Position numbers and translations under genes: made by a program | Assembly: GCF_036321535.1 (NCBI RefSeq) | Contig: NC_087436.1 | Span: 118,484,001-118,548,000 of the forward strand | Length of the DNA stretch: 64,000 nucleotides | Reading direction: 5' to 3' | Origin: Camelus dromedarius | Lineage: Eukaryota | Shown: positions 24,228-38,389 of the stretch, piece by piece | Position numbering within the stretch: the stretch's first letter is position 1 | Layout of the letters: each line of letters opens with the position of its first letter | Notes under the pieces: generated by a model | Database searches by the model: none | Told to the model about the DNA's origin: nothing | The model's input: only the letters and a program-made list of their open reading frames with translations

Positions 24228-27200
24228 GTAGGTGGAGAGGTCAGGACCTGAGGGTCAGGCTCTCCATGTGCACGGGGTTCCAGAGACCCTGGGGAAACGG
24301 GTATCAGTGACAACGGAGCCGCCACAAGAGGAAAGTAGAGTGGCATTAGGCATCAGACCACAGAATGGAAGAGGGATTCCTGCCCGTAGACAGGGTGCAG
24401 CATAAGTATTAATCAATGCTTATTTATGCCCAGAGCCGTGGGGGTTAAGCAAAAAGCTGAGCACCTGCTGGTATTTTTGGAGGAATGATAATAGTGAGAA
24501 TCATATCTATGAGCACGAACTTTATTGAGTGCCTACTACGTACTGGGCACTGAAGGTGTTAACACAGGTGGGCATTTTAAACTTCACACAACCCAGCCAC
24601 GTGGGGGCCCTTATTATCTTCACTTTACAGATGGGGAAACTGAGGCACAGAGAGGCGGACTGGCCCCAAGTCACAAAGCTCTAAGTTGGACCTGAGACGG
24701 GAAGTTGAGCACCTTTTTATGGGCGTGGGTTCTCTAAGTGAGTGAAGGAGGAATCAGGACCACGGACAGCGGGAAACAAGTTTGGTCTCTGCCGGAGGCA
24801 CATGGTCTCTGAGGGAATCAACACTGGATCCAAGACCCAGGAAGTCAGGGGGGTGAGTCCCTCGGTTGCTACAGGACCCCGTGGAGTTAGCCAGCCATCA
24901 AGACCACTGGGGTTAAAAAAGAGGAAGTACTTCTCCCTGAGACACATCCTCTAGTGAGGGAGGGGACCTACAGGGAGAAGGGAGGAGAGAGAAGGCCTGT
25001 TGGGAAGAGAACGGGAAGGGGCAGATGAAAAGAGTGACAGCGGGGTAGGAGCAGACGCAGACAGATATCCCACAGGGGCTTCGTTATAAACCAGAGAAAT
25101 AAAAGAATGTTAAATTGAGGATGCAGCAGAAGGTTATTTTGCTCTGTGTGAGCAGAATGGGCCTCATAAACAGGTGCCAGTATCTGAAACCATAAATCAT
25201 CCTAGGATTCCAGAAATAGAGCCTGTTCCTGCAGCTCCCTGGACCCCGCCCCTGCAGAGGGCCAGGGACGTGAGGCAGCAGCCCACCTGCAGCCACAGCC
25301 TGCTTTCATTCCGCCACACCTGTCCTGCTTGGGGGCAGGTGGCCCTGGCCATTTCCTCAAAGGCTCTGCTCCCTGGAGGGTGATTGTTTCTGTGCTCAGA
25401 GCCCCATCCACCTAACAAGTGATGTGGTCCTGGCTGGCCTTGCCCCCGGAGCAGCCAGTCAGTGCCCACAGAGAAGCAGCCTGCTGTCGTGGAGAGAGCA
25501 TTCATCGTCACTCATCTGCCCATCTTCCCTGTGGGCAGCCTCCCCGCCCTGCTGGACATAGTACTGGGAACAACCATGCCTTTATGGATCCCACTGCCCA
25601 GGGGAGAGATGGCAGTCAGCAGACAGCCCAGAATACACAGAGGCAGAATGTACGACACAGCAAGCGATGGAGCACTGTGAGGGTGTGTAAGAGAGGACCT
25701 GAGTGAGGGAGGCTTCAGGGAGGTGGAAGCACTTCCCTGGAGGGAGACACTTAAACTGGAACCTAGGAAAGTTCCAGGAGCACCAGATTAGGAGTCAGAA
25801 ACCTCTGACACCTATGAGCTGTGTGACTTTGCATAAGTTACTTCCCCTCTCTGAGCCACTTTAGGAAAGGTGTGAAAATAATACACTTCTAACACTCACT
25901 CCATAGAACTACTAGGAAGTTAAGTTGTCCCTCTTTGAAAGATCTCTGTGGGCAGAGCTCTGGGCTCTGTTGGGCTATGTGACCAGCATCACCATGACAC
26001 CATTTATTAAGTGCAGGTACTCTGCTTTAAATGTCGGATCTCATGAAACCCTCACTGCTGTTTCACTCATGAGGAACCTGAGGCTCAGAGAGGTCGAGTC
26101 AGTTGCCCAAGGTCACACAGCTGGTAAATGGCAGAACCCAAATGAGGTTTGTCTGAGTGCAAGTTCTGTGTATCCTCAGAGCCTAGAACAGTGCTCTGTA
26201 GAAATGGGTCCGGCTGACGGCGGCCCCGTCCTGGGAGAGCTGCTTTCTAAGCATGGCCTTTCATTCACTGCAGAGCATGGCTTTGTTGCGTGCAGGATCT
26301 ATAGAAACTCGGGGAGCAGGTGGGAGCCACGTGACACAAAAGACTTCACATTTTGTTTCTCTGGTAGAGGTCCGTCATCACAGGTCAGGGTTCAGAAGTG
26401 ACTCAGACCAGATGTGACCATCAAGCAGCCCAGAAGCTTAGAGCTCACTGGTGGCTCTTGAGAAAGACGGCACCAGTGCTGGACTTGTCTAGGACATGGA
26501 GAGAAGCCACAGTTGTAACCTTTAAAGCAGAAGGGCAGAGATGAGAACAGAGGAGGGGATGCTGGGGGAGGCTAACATAAGAGGAGCATTAGGACTAGGG
26601 GGTTTCTCGTGGTGCTGGAAGATTCTCTATCTTGATTGTGGCCATCGTTCCATGAATCTGTGGCAGGGGAAAATTGCACAGAACCACACGCACATGTAAA
26701 CACAAATGACATATAAAATGAGTGAAAACTGAGTAAGGTCCGCAGTGCACTGTATTGGACCTATGTCAGTTTCCAGGTTTGGTACTGAGCCCCAGTGATG
26801 TGAGGTATCAACCCTGGGGGCAAAGCACATAGAACTCTGTATGATTTGCCCCTTCCTGTAAGTCCGTAATTATTCCAAATTTAAAAGTTTTAAAAGTGGA
26901 CAGGAATGTAACAAGACTTGTAAACATTACCAATTCCATTTAGGGTCAGAAGGAAAATGGATTTGAGACTAACATCTTGAGAAAAGAATGTCACTTTCAC
27001 TAGCTTTAGACGTCAATGGATAGAAGGCCAAAACGACGTTTGTCTTCTTAGAGCTCGTTAGTGTTGGCAAGCATGCTGATGTCTGGTGAAGGGTTCTGTT
27101 CCTCATGGATGTCCCTTGTGACATGAGGCCATTTGTCCAGATTTCTCGGCTGAGAGTTCCTTAGCTGTAGAATGGGAGAGGTTGTACCAACCTCCCGCGT

Positions 27201-27270
27201 GCTATGATGATCATCTGAGATAATATATATGTTAGTCTGGCACTGAAGAGTGTTTATCAGACCTTAAAAC

Positions 27271-27452
27271 AAGGGTCACAAACCATGACCCTTGGGCCAA
27301 TCCAGCCACGCCTGTCTTTTTAACTTATCGCCCATGGCTGCCTTCCTGCTGTAACAGCAGAATTCAGTAGTTGCAAAAGAGATAGTGTGGCCAGCAAACC
27401 CAAAAATATTTACTATGTGGACATTTTCAGCAAAAACCTTTTTCTAACCTCT
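27271..27452. mobile_element. MER58-like hAT relic
   Basis: GGCCAATCCAGCC...GTAGTTGCAAAAGAGA...AAAATATTTACTATGTGG. Confidence 0.7.
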
Positions 27453-27489
27453 GCATTAAAAATGTCTTAGCACAGGGGCAGAAGGAAAA

Positions 27490-28105
27490 GACTGAGGCAA
27501 TATTTTGCAAACCACAGTGTAAGAAAGAATTAGTACCTAGAGCATATAAGAAACTCTCAAACCTCAATAGAAATGAGTAAACAATGCTGTTGGAGAATGA
27601 GCAAAAGACATGAACAGATATTTCATCAAAAAGAATGTATTGTCAGCAAGCAAACACACACAAAAGCACATAAAAAGATGTTCAAGACCATTAAACCATT
27701 AGGGAAATGCAAATCAGAACCACAGAGAGGTAGGACCACACACCTGTCAGAATGACTAAAATAAAAATGGCAACAACACCAAATGCTGGTGAAGATGTGA
27801 TGAAACTGGGTCACTCAGACATTGCTGGTGGGAATGTAAAATGCCTTTGGAACACAGTTCAGCAGTTTCTCATAAAACTAAACATGCCATTGCCAGAAGA
27901 TCCAGTGAGTGGGCTCTTGGGCATTCATCCCAGAGAAACGTGTTCACTCAAAAACCTGTATGTACTGTAAGTCGACAACACTTCAATAAAAAAATAAGAA
28001 TTAAAAAATAAAAGCCCTGTACATCAAAGTTTATAGCAGCTTTGTAATAGCCTGAAACTGAAGATATTCAGACATCCTGCAGGAGGTAAATGGTTAAACA
28101 AATTA
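27490..28105 (+). mobile_element. Old L1 ORF2-end fragment
   Basis: AAAGACATGAACAGATATTTC...AGGGAAATGCAAATCAGAACCACA...CATTGCTGGTGGGAATGTAAAATG. Confidence 0.8.
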
Positions 28106-28611
28106 TGGAGTTGGCACGCTTGGACTTGCCAGGGTGTCCCTGCTCACGGAGTGGTTTAGAGGACATGTCTGTCTATGGAGACAGAGGCCTGGGGTGGATG
28201 ACTTTACACATCCCGGTTCCATACAACTGTCCCTCTGATTTTTTTCCACAAAGAAGCACTCCCACCTTTGCCTTGTCTGTGTCCTTGACTCACATAAAAA
28301 TGGAGAACGTGGGGGACCTCCCTCAGAGTAGGCACCTCATGAATTTTTGCTGAATAAATGAACAAAGAAGAAATGAAGCGTTTTTCTTTGGAAGGTTAAG
28401 AAAATGCAGTCTATTATAGGCCATTGTCATGATTTTTAATCTGAGGTCTTTTCCAAGACAAAAAGTTTGTGTGTGTGTATTTGTGTGTATGTGTGTATTT
28501 GTGAGTGTGTGTGTGTGGACAGGTAAGGAGGGAGGAGGAAGAAGAGGGAGGGAGGGAGGAAGATACCATTGTTTATATCTTTCTCTTTGTTGTTTTCTTT
28601 TTTGGCAATAG

Positions 28612-28731
<120 letters not shown>

Positions 28732-28872
28732 TGAGGTAACTTAAAAATAGTTTATTAAAATACATAAAACATAATATTATGATATAAAAGTATTTTGGAT
28801 TTTATGTATTAAAAGCTTATTACAATATACAGTTTTCAATACAAAATAATGATATATAAAAATATATGTACT

Positions 28873-29070
28873 GGAGGGAGGGTGTAGCTCAGTGGTAGAG
28901 CGCATGCTTAGCAGGCACGAGGTCCTGGGTTCAGTCCCCAGCACCTCCATTAAAAAACAAACAAACAAACAAATAAATAAATAAATAAATAAACCTAATT
29001 ACTTCCCACTCCAAAAAAAAAAAAAAAAAAAAAACCTTAAAAAAGCAATGCTTAAAAATAAATAAATAAA
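28873..29070 (+). mobile_element. tRNA-derived SINE, Camelidae vic-1-like
   Basis: A box (TAGCTCAGTGG), B box (GGTTCAGTCCC), (AAAC/AAAT)n, CCTAATTACTTCCC, poly-A; TATGTAC on both flanks. Confidence 0.85.
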
Positions 29071-29479
29071 AGTATGTACAAGTTCAAAAATAACAATGTA
29101 TTATTAAAATGTGGAAAAACATTGGAAATAGAAAAAAAGAGAATGTTGGCTCGTATCCACTCCTCTAAGAGAACCGCTTTTGATGTTATTGTCTGTACAA
29201 GTTTGGGGTATTTTTAAATGTGCAATTTGTTTATTGGTTATAACTCCTTATGCTAGTTTGCATACTTCTCTTTTCAATCTTTTATACAAACTTTATATTA
29301 TTTTATGAGTCAGAGTGGTGGAGTTTGATACCCTGGTTCTGTCTTTCACAAACTCTTAGAATCCTGGGGTCTTTGTGCAGTGGGATGGTAATTCCTGTCC
29401 TGCAGGATTACAGAAATGATAAGAAAAATGCATATGAGGCACCTAGCAAAGTAACAGTTAGACCCCAACGGTTACATGA

Positions 29480-30150
29480 AAGCTGTGATCATCCCCATTA
29501 CCATCACTACCACAACCATTATCTTCATCATCATCATTATCATCGCCATTATTATCATTTTATTAACAACACAATCACCACCACTATCATTGTCACCATC
29601 ACCATCTTTATTATTGTCATCATTGTCATCATCATTCTTATTATTACCATCACCACCATTATATTCTCTTTGTCATGATTCTCATTATCCTCATTACCAC
29701 CACCATCTCCATCCTCCTCCTCATCACCACCACCACAACTATCATTTTCATCATGGCCACCATCATTGATGCCATCGTTCTTGTTACTACCATTGCCACC
29801 ATCATCCTCGTCTCCATATTGTCATCATCATCTTTGTTACCACCACCATCACCACTTCCACCGTCCTCCTCATCACCCTCACTACTGCCATCACTACCTT
29901 CATCTTCCTTCTCATGTCATCCTCATCCTCCTCATTGCTGCCACCACTGTCATCTTCATCATAGTCACTGGTATCATCCTTGTCACCATCACTATGAGGT
30001 TTGGGGGATTGGGAGGGAATGCTTCCTCACTCTTCTATTCCATGGAAGAGGATTAATCACTCCATCCCAAGGAGAAGGTGCTACATCTTCTCCATCATCA
30101 TCGTTCTCATCATTCTCGGTGTCACCACCACCATGATCACCATCCTCAGG
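29480..30150. repeat. Degenerate (CAT/CAC/TAT)n trinucleotide low-complexity tract
   Basis: Direct reading; source of His-, Ile/Thr- and Ser/Pro-rich spurious ORFs. Confidence 0.9.
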
Positions 30151-31657
30151 CAATGCACACAGTGCATTATTTCATTTAATCTTCACAACAGCCCTGCGAG
30201 TGGTCATAATTGTTTCTGTTTACAGCTGAGGAAATGGAGGCACAACGAGTTTAAATGACTCTCCAATGACAAAAATAATGATAATGGTTGTGACACTCAT
30301 AATTATACTAGTAAGAAACAGTGTTATATGTCTTATGGAAAGAATAAGCACTTCGGTGTTTGTAGGCCTGGAATCAAATCCCACTGCTACCACTTACAGA
30401 GCATCTTAATTAACGGAAGTGGCTACTATTCATTGGACTTAGTCTGGGCAAGTACTTTAAATGCGTACTTTCATTTAATGCTCACAACAGCCTCAAAACT
30501 TCTAGAAGAGGATGAGAAGTGCTCAGAAAGGGTAGCTGCTTTGGAGAGAAGCACCATGATTCCTGCAGTTAGAAGAGCGGGGCTCTGGAGCAGTGGCCTC
30601 AGGGACAAGCCCAGCCCAGCACACCACTTCCTGCTGGGAGACTCTGGACAAAATGTCTCAGCTTCCTGTAATGAGGTTCCTCATCTGGAAAAGAAACATT
30701 TCTCTTTTGTAGAGATGCTGTGAGAACTAGAAGTCACAGATGGCCTTGGCTTGGATAATCAATAGCACTTCTTATCGATGTTATTTTTCCTAATGAACCT
30801 GGACCCACACCAGTGATGATTACATGTCAGTGCACACAGTTCTAGAGAAAACAGAACTGCCACTCACACTCCATGTTGGGGTTTGTGGGACTCCCTACAT
30901 AGGGTTCCCCTCTTCCTTCCACATTCTGAATTAATGAAGAGAAAGGGCTGGGGAGACAGAGAAATGTCAGCTTTATTACTGGGAGGGGCCAGCCTAGAGG
31001 AGGTGGCTTAGATGCATAGCAGTCATGGCTTCCTAATACTGAGTCCTAGGATTAGCCAAATCACTTACTGGCAAAGCTGAGCCACCTCAGGCCTCCCCAC
31101 ACAGAAGCAGGACCTTTGCTGTCCAGCTCCCTTTGGGCTGAGGCCACAGCAGAGCAATGGCTTCCCCTGAATGGTCCATCCCAGGGAGGAGGAAGCTGGG
31201 CAAGCTAGGGGCTGTGCTCACTTCCTGCTTTTGAACCGCCAATCAAATACATATCACTTCCTCCCTGGGGTGTACCAGGTAATCCTTCCCCATAGAAACC
31301 AGAGGAGTGGGGAAGAAACATTCCGTCCCAACACCCCAGGTGTCATGACATTTTCCCAAACTTCATAAAGATTGGAAAATACTATTTCATTGTTTTTAAA
31401 GTATGGCCTATTTGGGGGGAGTAGGGGAAAAGAAGAATATATAAGGAAATACATGATCCATTATTCTGAGGCTCTGTGTTTAATGAGAAAAAAATCAATT
31501 TCTATCATCAAACCTTCAGTAGGATAACACCCAAAGCATTTCATTACAGTTAAGAAATATTTTACGATAAAGTGGGGAAAATAAAAACATCTCTTTTCTA
31601 AAATTTAAGATACAATTAGATTTTTTTTTTTATTTGCTTTTTTCTTTTTTTCTCCAG

Positions 31658-31795
31658 GACTTGGAAGAATTGGAAAAGAGACTTCAAGTCAGACTCTCAA
31701 ACACGGAGATGCTGGGGGCTGGTGACTCAGAATACATCACCCTGGCAGACGTGGAAAAGAAAGAGCGGGAATATTCTGAGCAGCTAATAGATAAC
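31658..31795 (+). CDS. EVC: EVC exon 7
   Basis: long poly-T tract, tccag|[49 protein letters not shown]; |gtatgt. Confidence 0.96.
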
Positions 31796-32844
31796 GTATG
31801 TGATGGATTTTCTTTTCTGTATGAAAACCGTGGTTTCTGGGACAGTTCATTTGGTGAGATTAAAGAGATGCTACCTAGAAGCATGTTTAATACTCGAATT
31901 CCCTGCCTGTCACGTTCTGCCCTGGAGCCAGGGATCCGGTTTCTGAAGTTAAGCTATAGAGAAGGTGTAATTAAGGGGCCAAGATTTACGGAAGGAGTCT
32001 TTTTTTTTTTTTTTAATGAATTCTCCTTGCTCAAATTTTAGATTGATCTTTTTATCATTCAAAGCAAAGATTGCTCTAACCTTCTGTGTCATTACCACCC
32101 TGCGGGTTAGAGCAGCTGCTAGCTGCTAACTTCTCAAACTCCAGGCATCACTCATAAAAGCATGTTTTAAATTCCAGAGAGGATGGCTTCCCTCCAATTC
32201 TCTATTTTGCTTTGGGGTTCTGCTGCCCCCCTGTTCATATGTTACGAATTAAACAAATATTTTCTTGGCAGCCGGGTGTTGGACTGGGAACTGGGGATTC
32301 CAAATGAACTTAGACCTGGCTCTTCAGGGAAGATGCTCAGGCCAGGCAGGTGGGGGGACCAACAGGTGAGCAGTTGAGGACATTGTAGGTTACAAGTGCC
32401 GTGACAGAGGAAAATGTGGGAAGACTGAGGCACAGTGGAGAGAGGAATTCATTTTACCCCAGGGTTACAAAAGTCTTCTTGGAAAAAAGAAACATCAAGA
32501 GGCTTTTGGAGAGAAGTGTGCATGGATGTTGGCCGGTAGGTGGGCAGAGAAGGGAGCCAGGGCTGGGACGCAGGCAGAGCAAGTAAAGCCAGAGGTCTTC
32601 CTGGAGGGTTTTCATCTCATGCCAGGGAGATGAGAGCCACTGAAGCAGCAGAGGTTGGCTTGGCCTCGTTCTGTTTTAGAAGAACTGCCCAGGCTGCTGT
32701 GTGGAGCATTGTTAGGAGATTTTATGCTAGTTCGGTGGGAATTTCATGAAGGCAATTGCTATAATAGGGATGGGGAGATAAGAAAAAATGGGAGCGCTGA
32801 TAGGGTGGTGGATGGGGAGGTGGTGGTGGGAAGAAGAGGGTGCA

Positions 32845-33038
32845 CTCCCGAGCATCTACCTGGAGGAAATTCTAATTCAAAAAAATACATGCATCCTGGT
32901 GTTCATAGCAGCACAATTTACAATAGCCAAGACCTGGAAGCAACCTAAATGTCCGTGAACAGATGACTGGATAAAGATATGAGATGTGTATATATATATG
33001 TGTGTATGTGTGTATATGTATGTGTATGTATATATATA

Positions 33039-33096
<58 letters not shown>

Positions 33097-33566
33097 TATA
33101 TAATGGAATACCATTCAGGCATAGAAAAGAATCAAATAATGCCATTGGCAACAACACAGATGGACCTGGAGATTGTCATTCTAAGTGAAGTAAGCCAAAA
33201 ATAGAAAGAAAAATTCCATATGATGTCACTCATATATGGACTCAAAGAAAGGACACAAATGAACTTATTTACAAAACAGAAACAGATTCACAGACATAGA
33301 AAACAAATTTATGGGGGAAAAGGTAGTGGGAAGGGGTAAATTGGGAGTTTGAGATTTGCAGATACACACTACTGTATGTAAAATAGATAAACAATACGTT
33401 TCTACTGTATAGCACAGGGAACTATATTCAATATCTTGTAGTCACCTGTAATGAAAAGAATATGAAAGGGAATGTGTATATGTATGATTGAAACATTACT
33501 CTGTGCACCAGGAATTGACACAACATTGTAAACTGACTATACTTCAATTTTTGAAAATGGAAAAAA
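32845..33566 (+). mobile_element. 5'-truncated L1 with internal (TA)/(TG) microsatellite and TSD
   Basis: L1 3' motifs (AATAGCCAAGACCTGGAAGCAACCTAAATGTCC, CACAGGGAACTATATTCAATATC); AAGAAGAGGGTG at 32831-32842 and 33567-33578. Confidence 0.9.
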
Positions 33567-34597
33567 AAGAAGAGGGTGTAGAGGATCAGTTCTACAGAAA
33601 TAAGGACCCCAGAATGAGAACAAGTTAGGAGGGGAGACGGTGTGTTCTGGCTTGAGTTAGAGATGCCTGGAGATGGAGTCTGACGGAGCTCAGGTAGGTC
33701 AGCGGAGAGCGAGGATATTCTTAGGATGAGATGACTAAGGGCGGATGCTCACCCGGGAGTCCAGTGGTCCAGGGACTCCCTAAAGCAGTGGCGCATCTTG
33801 TCCGTGTCTGCATCTTTCAGGCACAGGATTCATTGTTCTCATAAGATTCTCTAAAGTATTGGTGACCTCCAATAACGGAGACAGCTCTGATAGATATTTT
33901 ATCTAGAAATAAAATGTGTGGAGCACAGAGCTTGGCATATAAACTACACACATAAAGGAAAGTTGTTATGACTTCGGCATCGTTATTCTCCAGAGCTCTG
34001 AGAGGCTGCAGTGACAAAAACACAGCCCTAACCTGCTCAACCCCTTGGTGATTCCCTACTCTGCTCCTGAGAAGACGGGGCAGAAAGGGGAAAGATTTTA
34101 AAGCAAAATGTTTTCATGGTCATCCTCATCTCTGCCATGATGCCCTTTTGTACTTTTAGGACAATAACTAATACTTAAATGGCCATTCCTGCTTGTATTG
34201 CCAGGATGCATTTAATCTTTTTCAAAGATCTGGAAGCTTCCAGGAGCACACTGTTGAGTTTCCTGCACCCCTCCAGGCAGCAGTAACGGCCTGTTTAAGA
34301 GACTTTAAGCTGTGTAAGCTGAATGATCTCATTGTGCTTTTCCTTCCTTATCAGCAGCGCACTGGTGCTGGCTGAAAAGCCACCTCGAAACCGACAGGCA
34401 CCCACAGTGGGACTGGGAGGAACCTCAGGAGAACGCGATTATTGCTGAGATAAACGGGCTCGAGGTGGAGAGTTGTTTAGAATCTCGGTGTGTGATAAGG
34501 CGTGAATAGTAGTTCCCAAGCTGAACCGCGCAGCTTTGTAGCTTTCTTAAGTAAGTTTCCCCCACCCCCACCCCACCTCTTGTTTCTCATTTCACAG

Positions 34598-34756
34598 ATG
34601 GAAGCTTTCTGGAAACAGATGGAAAACATCCAGCACTTTCTTGTGGACCAATTGAAGTGTTCCAGCACCAAAGCCCGACAGCTCCTGACGACTCTGACAG
34701 AAAGAATGATTGCAGCCGAAGGGCTCTTGCGTGACTCCCAGGATTTGCAGGCTCTG
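34598..34756 (+). CDS. EVC: EVC exon 8
   Basis: cacag|[56 protein letters not shown]; |gtaacg. Confidence 0.96.
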
Positions 34757-37700
34757 GTAACGCTGGAGGGGGCGGGGAGGGAACGTGATATTCAAAGTAG
34801 GGATGTGGATTCTGGAAGCTTGACGTGCTGTAGGGACCATTAGGTTGAACACCTGCATGTTGTAGATGAGGATATAGAAGCCAGAGAAAAGCAGTGAGTC
34901 CATCCATCTGTGCAGCTGTCCGTCCATCCATCCATCCCTCCCTCCCTCCCGTTAATGGAGATGCTGGCCAGCTCCATGTTATTACGGCCTAGAGCCTTGG
35001 TTTCCAATCCTGGCTGCACATTGAAGTTACCTGAAGAGGCTGCAGAAGTACTGATGCTTGGGTCCAAGATGAGCCGCCGCCCCAGAGAGTCTGACTTAAT
35101 CAAGTCTGGGCTTTTTAAGGTTCCAGGCGACCACACTGAGCAGTCATGGTTGACAGCCATGGAACTTCGGTTGTCTCCTGACTGCCCCGTGAGTCACCTG
35201 GGAGCTTGAAACTGTGCCTGTGCTGCGCCTGGGGCCTCCCGCACAGGGACCCGGTCTGCCTGGTCTGCAGTGGAGGCCCTGGCGCTGCTGTTTTCAAAAC
35301 TCCCCAAACGATTCTGATGTATAGCTGGGTGTACAAGGCCCTGGCGCACAGGAATCCACAAATCCAAATCCAACTTTGAAACTCGGCTGAGCCACTTGGA
35401 GCTGTGTGATCTCAAACAGGTTACTTCACCCCTCTGAGCTTCAGTTACTCTATTTATAAAAAATTGATTTCAGGAGTTGCCGCAGGCAGTGCTGGGGAAG
35501 TGCTTGGTGACCTGCCACACCCTAGTCACCGTGGGGATCAGCCATGGTTTCTCCCTGCTGTATGCAAAGCCCAGGGCACTACGCACCCGTGTCCTCTTCT
35601 GACCTCGAGGACTCGTGGATTATATTTCAGACCCGTGCATCCACCCAAGTAATACCTGTCTCACAAACTTGCAGGGGCCTTACCTCAGAGCCTCAGCATC
35701 TCAGACCTGAGGAGAAGGCCCTGCTGAGCTGAGCGGATCCCTACTGCTTCTACGCAGACTGCTCTGGTCCTCCAAATGTGGTCTGCAGACTCGTGGCATC
35801 AGCATCACCCAAGAGCTGGTTTGAAATGCAGAATCGTGTACCCTACTCGGCACTGCTGAAAGACAGGCACTGCTGATATCTCCCTCCCTGTGAGCAGAGG
35901 AGCCAGCTAAGTGACTCATCTAGGACCTCCGTGCTGTCTAATGACATCACTCAGCCTGCCCCCCTACACTTCCTGGTTTGCCACCCAAGCCCCTTTAAAT
36001 TGGATTTTAATTTGATAAGGCTGCAGGTATTAATGCTCATCAAAGGAGAAAGACTTTTTTCCTTTGATTCTTTTTTCCTAGGTATTTATTATTGTTCCAT
36101 CAGCAAGATATTGATGCAGGAAAAAAATGTAACCTTAGCTGACACTGGCCACAGTGTTAGTCAGTCACTTCCAAAGAGGAAGAAGGGAAAGGATGATCCA
36201 GGTTTTCGGTACGCCCTTTCTTCAGTCAGCATTTAATGAGCACCTACTCTGTGCCACATTCTGTTAGCGAAACAATGTTGCAGGCTCCAGCTAGAAACCT
36301 GAGCTCATGCTATAGTCTTACCTCTTATTAGCTGTGTGACCTTGGGCAGGTTACGTAACCTCTCTGTAACTCAGTTGCATCGTCTCTAAAATGGGAATCA
36401 GAATAACATCAGCTCTGAGAGTGTTAGAAAGTAGACAACATGTACGGCCTTTAGGACAGATCCTGGCACAGGGGACGCTCAGTATGTTAGTGATTAGACT
36501 CTGGCAGGCCATGTGTCAGCAGCAAAATAGACATTAACAAGTCATTGTAATGCTGTGTGGAAAGGGCAACAGCCTGTATTTATTTACACAGTCGAGGGAG
36601 GAGTTAGCTCTGCCTGCATCCCATGAACTGAAGAAAAAAATGTAGCTTCTTTATGTCGGAATATGTTGTTGATGAACCCCAGAAGAATTTAAATTCTCAG
36701 CAGCTGGACCTGGACTGCATCACGTGGTATTGCTGAGTATCAGAACCGCAGGAGCCCTGGAAAGGGCCCCAGACGTCATCAGAGTCCGTCTCTAGGGATG
36801 TTCAAGAGAAAGCAGATGGCAGGAGAGGTGTGGGGACCTGCTGCGGATAATTATGACAACAGCTTGCATTCAAGAGCACTTACCATCTTCTGGCTGCTAT
36901 TTTAAGTGTTTCGCATATTTTAACTTATTTAATGCTCGCGTCCATTCTGTAAGTTGGGTGTAGGTGAGGACATGGTGCCCAGGGTCGTGCAGGTCTGGAG
37001 CCAAGTTTGAGCCTGGGCACGCTTGAGGACTGGCTACACTCAGAGCCAGCAATGCCCCGTCACCTCCCATCCAAGTCCCTCCACCCCTGCTCACCTCTCT
37101 CCACTCCTCTTCCCTGAATATAAATGCAGAGGGTGCACTGTCACTACGCAGCCTGGAGGCCTCACGGTGCTGCCCAGGGAGGTGGCTGCTCTGATTGCCA
37201 GGCGCCGCCCCTCACCCCTTCGCCCGGTGCCCAGGCCCCTGGCCACCCACACCCGCTCTGAGCGCTTATCCTCTTGTGCCCCCTACTGGTCGTGGGCCCG
37301 CTGACGGCTGCCGGGCTAACTTGGAAGAGAGGAAGGTTCAGAGCCACTGTCCCTGGGCTAGTTAGGTGGCCTTCCAGAATAAACCTCAGCGTTCTTGTCT
37401 GTAACTGGGGAAGCATTGTCCCAGATCTGTTCACACATTGTCAGAACACAGTCCACTGTGGCTCAGCAAACAGTGAGGCCCAGGGCAGGTTAGTGGATGG
37501 CTCAGGTGCGGCCCCTGCCTTCAAGGGCTCTCAGTCCAGCCTGGGACTGTCCCTCATGATTAGCTCCTTAAAGACAGAGGCACAGGAGCCGTGGAGCCTG
37601 GAGGAGGGGACTGTGGGGCTGGGGAAGGTCTGGGAAGACACTGCACAGCCTGTAAGGATGAGTAGGACCTGGCCAGGCAGGGGAGTGAGAGGAGGCTGGG

Positions 37701-38389
37701 AGGGGGTTCCAGGTGCGAGGCCTTGTGTGTGCAAAGGCCCAGTGGAGCTGAGAGTCAGGCGTGCTGGGCAGCCAGGAGCAAGGAGGAATGTGGGATGAGG
37801 CTGGAGACTGAGCCACCAAAGAAGCCTCATGCACTGCGCCCAGGAGCAGAGACTCGGTTTGGAGGCAGTGACCGCGGGGTTTGGACCAGGGGATGACAGA
37901 GCCAAGACTGCACCGCAGAAAAGCCCCCTGTCTGCCAGGTGGGGCCGGAGCATAGGGAGACTGGTGGGAGGCAGTAGCCCAGGGCAGAAGTGATCTGGCC
38001 TGAGCTGGGAATGGCTGTGGGCCAACAAGGAGGAAACGGAGAGGAGGGATGTGCAGGGGGCAGGAGCAGGCGTGGTGGAGGAGAGGGGCTAAGGCTGACT
38101 CCAGGCTCCACCGTACTATGCCTGGGGCCAGTGGGGCCATCCCCAGGGGGAAAGATGTCCTTCCTCTGAGATGCAGGACCTGCATCTTTAACGCGATCCT
38201 TGAGCAGCTGCTCTCTGAGACATAAGGACAAGGGATGGACACCTACAGGGTCTGCCTCTGTCTCTGGTTGACATTTCCTGCACGGGGAGGCATCTCATCC
38301 GAGAGTTCTATCCCAAGTGAGTGAGCACGTGGTAGGGCAGGTGGGCCTGTTCCGAAGTCTGATGGCTGGGATAACCCTCCACGTCAGTC

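Noticed and set aside
28878..28950. tRNA gene
   Set aside because: tRNA-like head followed by a SINE tail and poly-A, repeated elsewhere in the window.
29250..30258. His-rich and Ile/Thr-rich ORFs
   Set aside because: Translations of a degenerate (CAT)n intronic repeat; exon 6 joins exon 7 without missing sequence.
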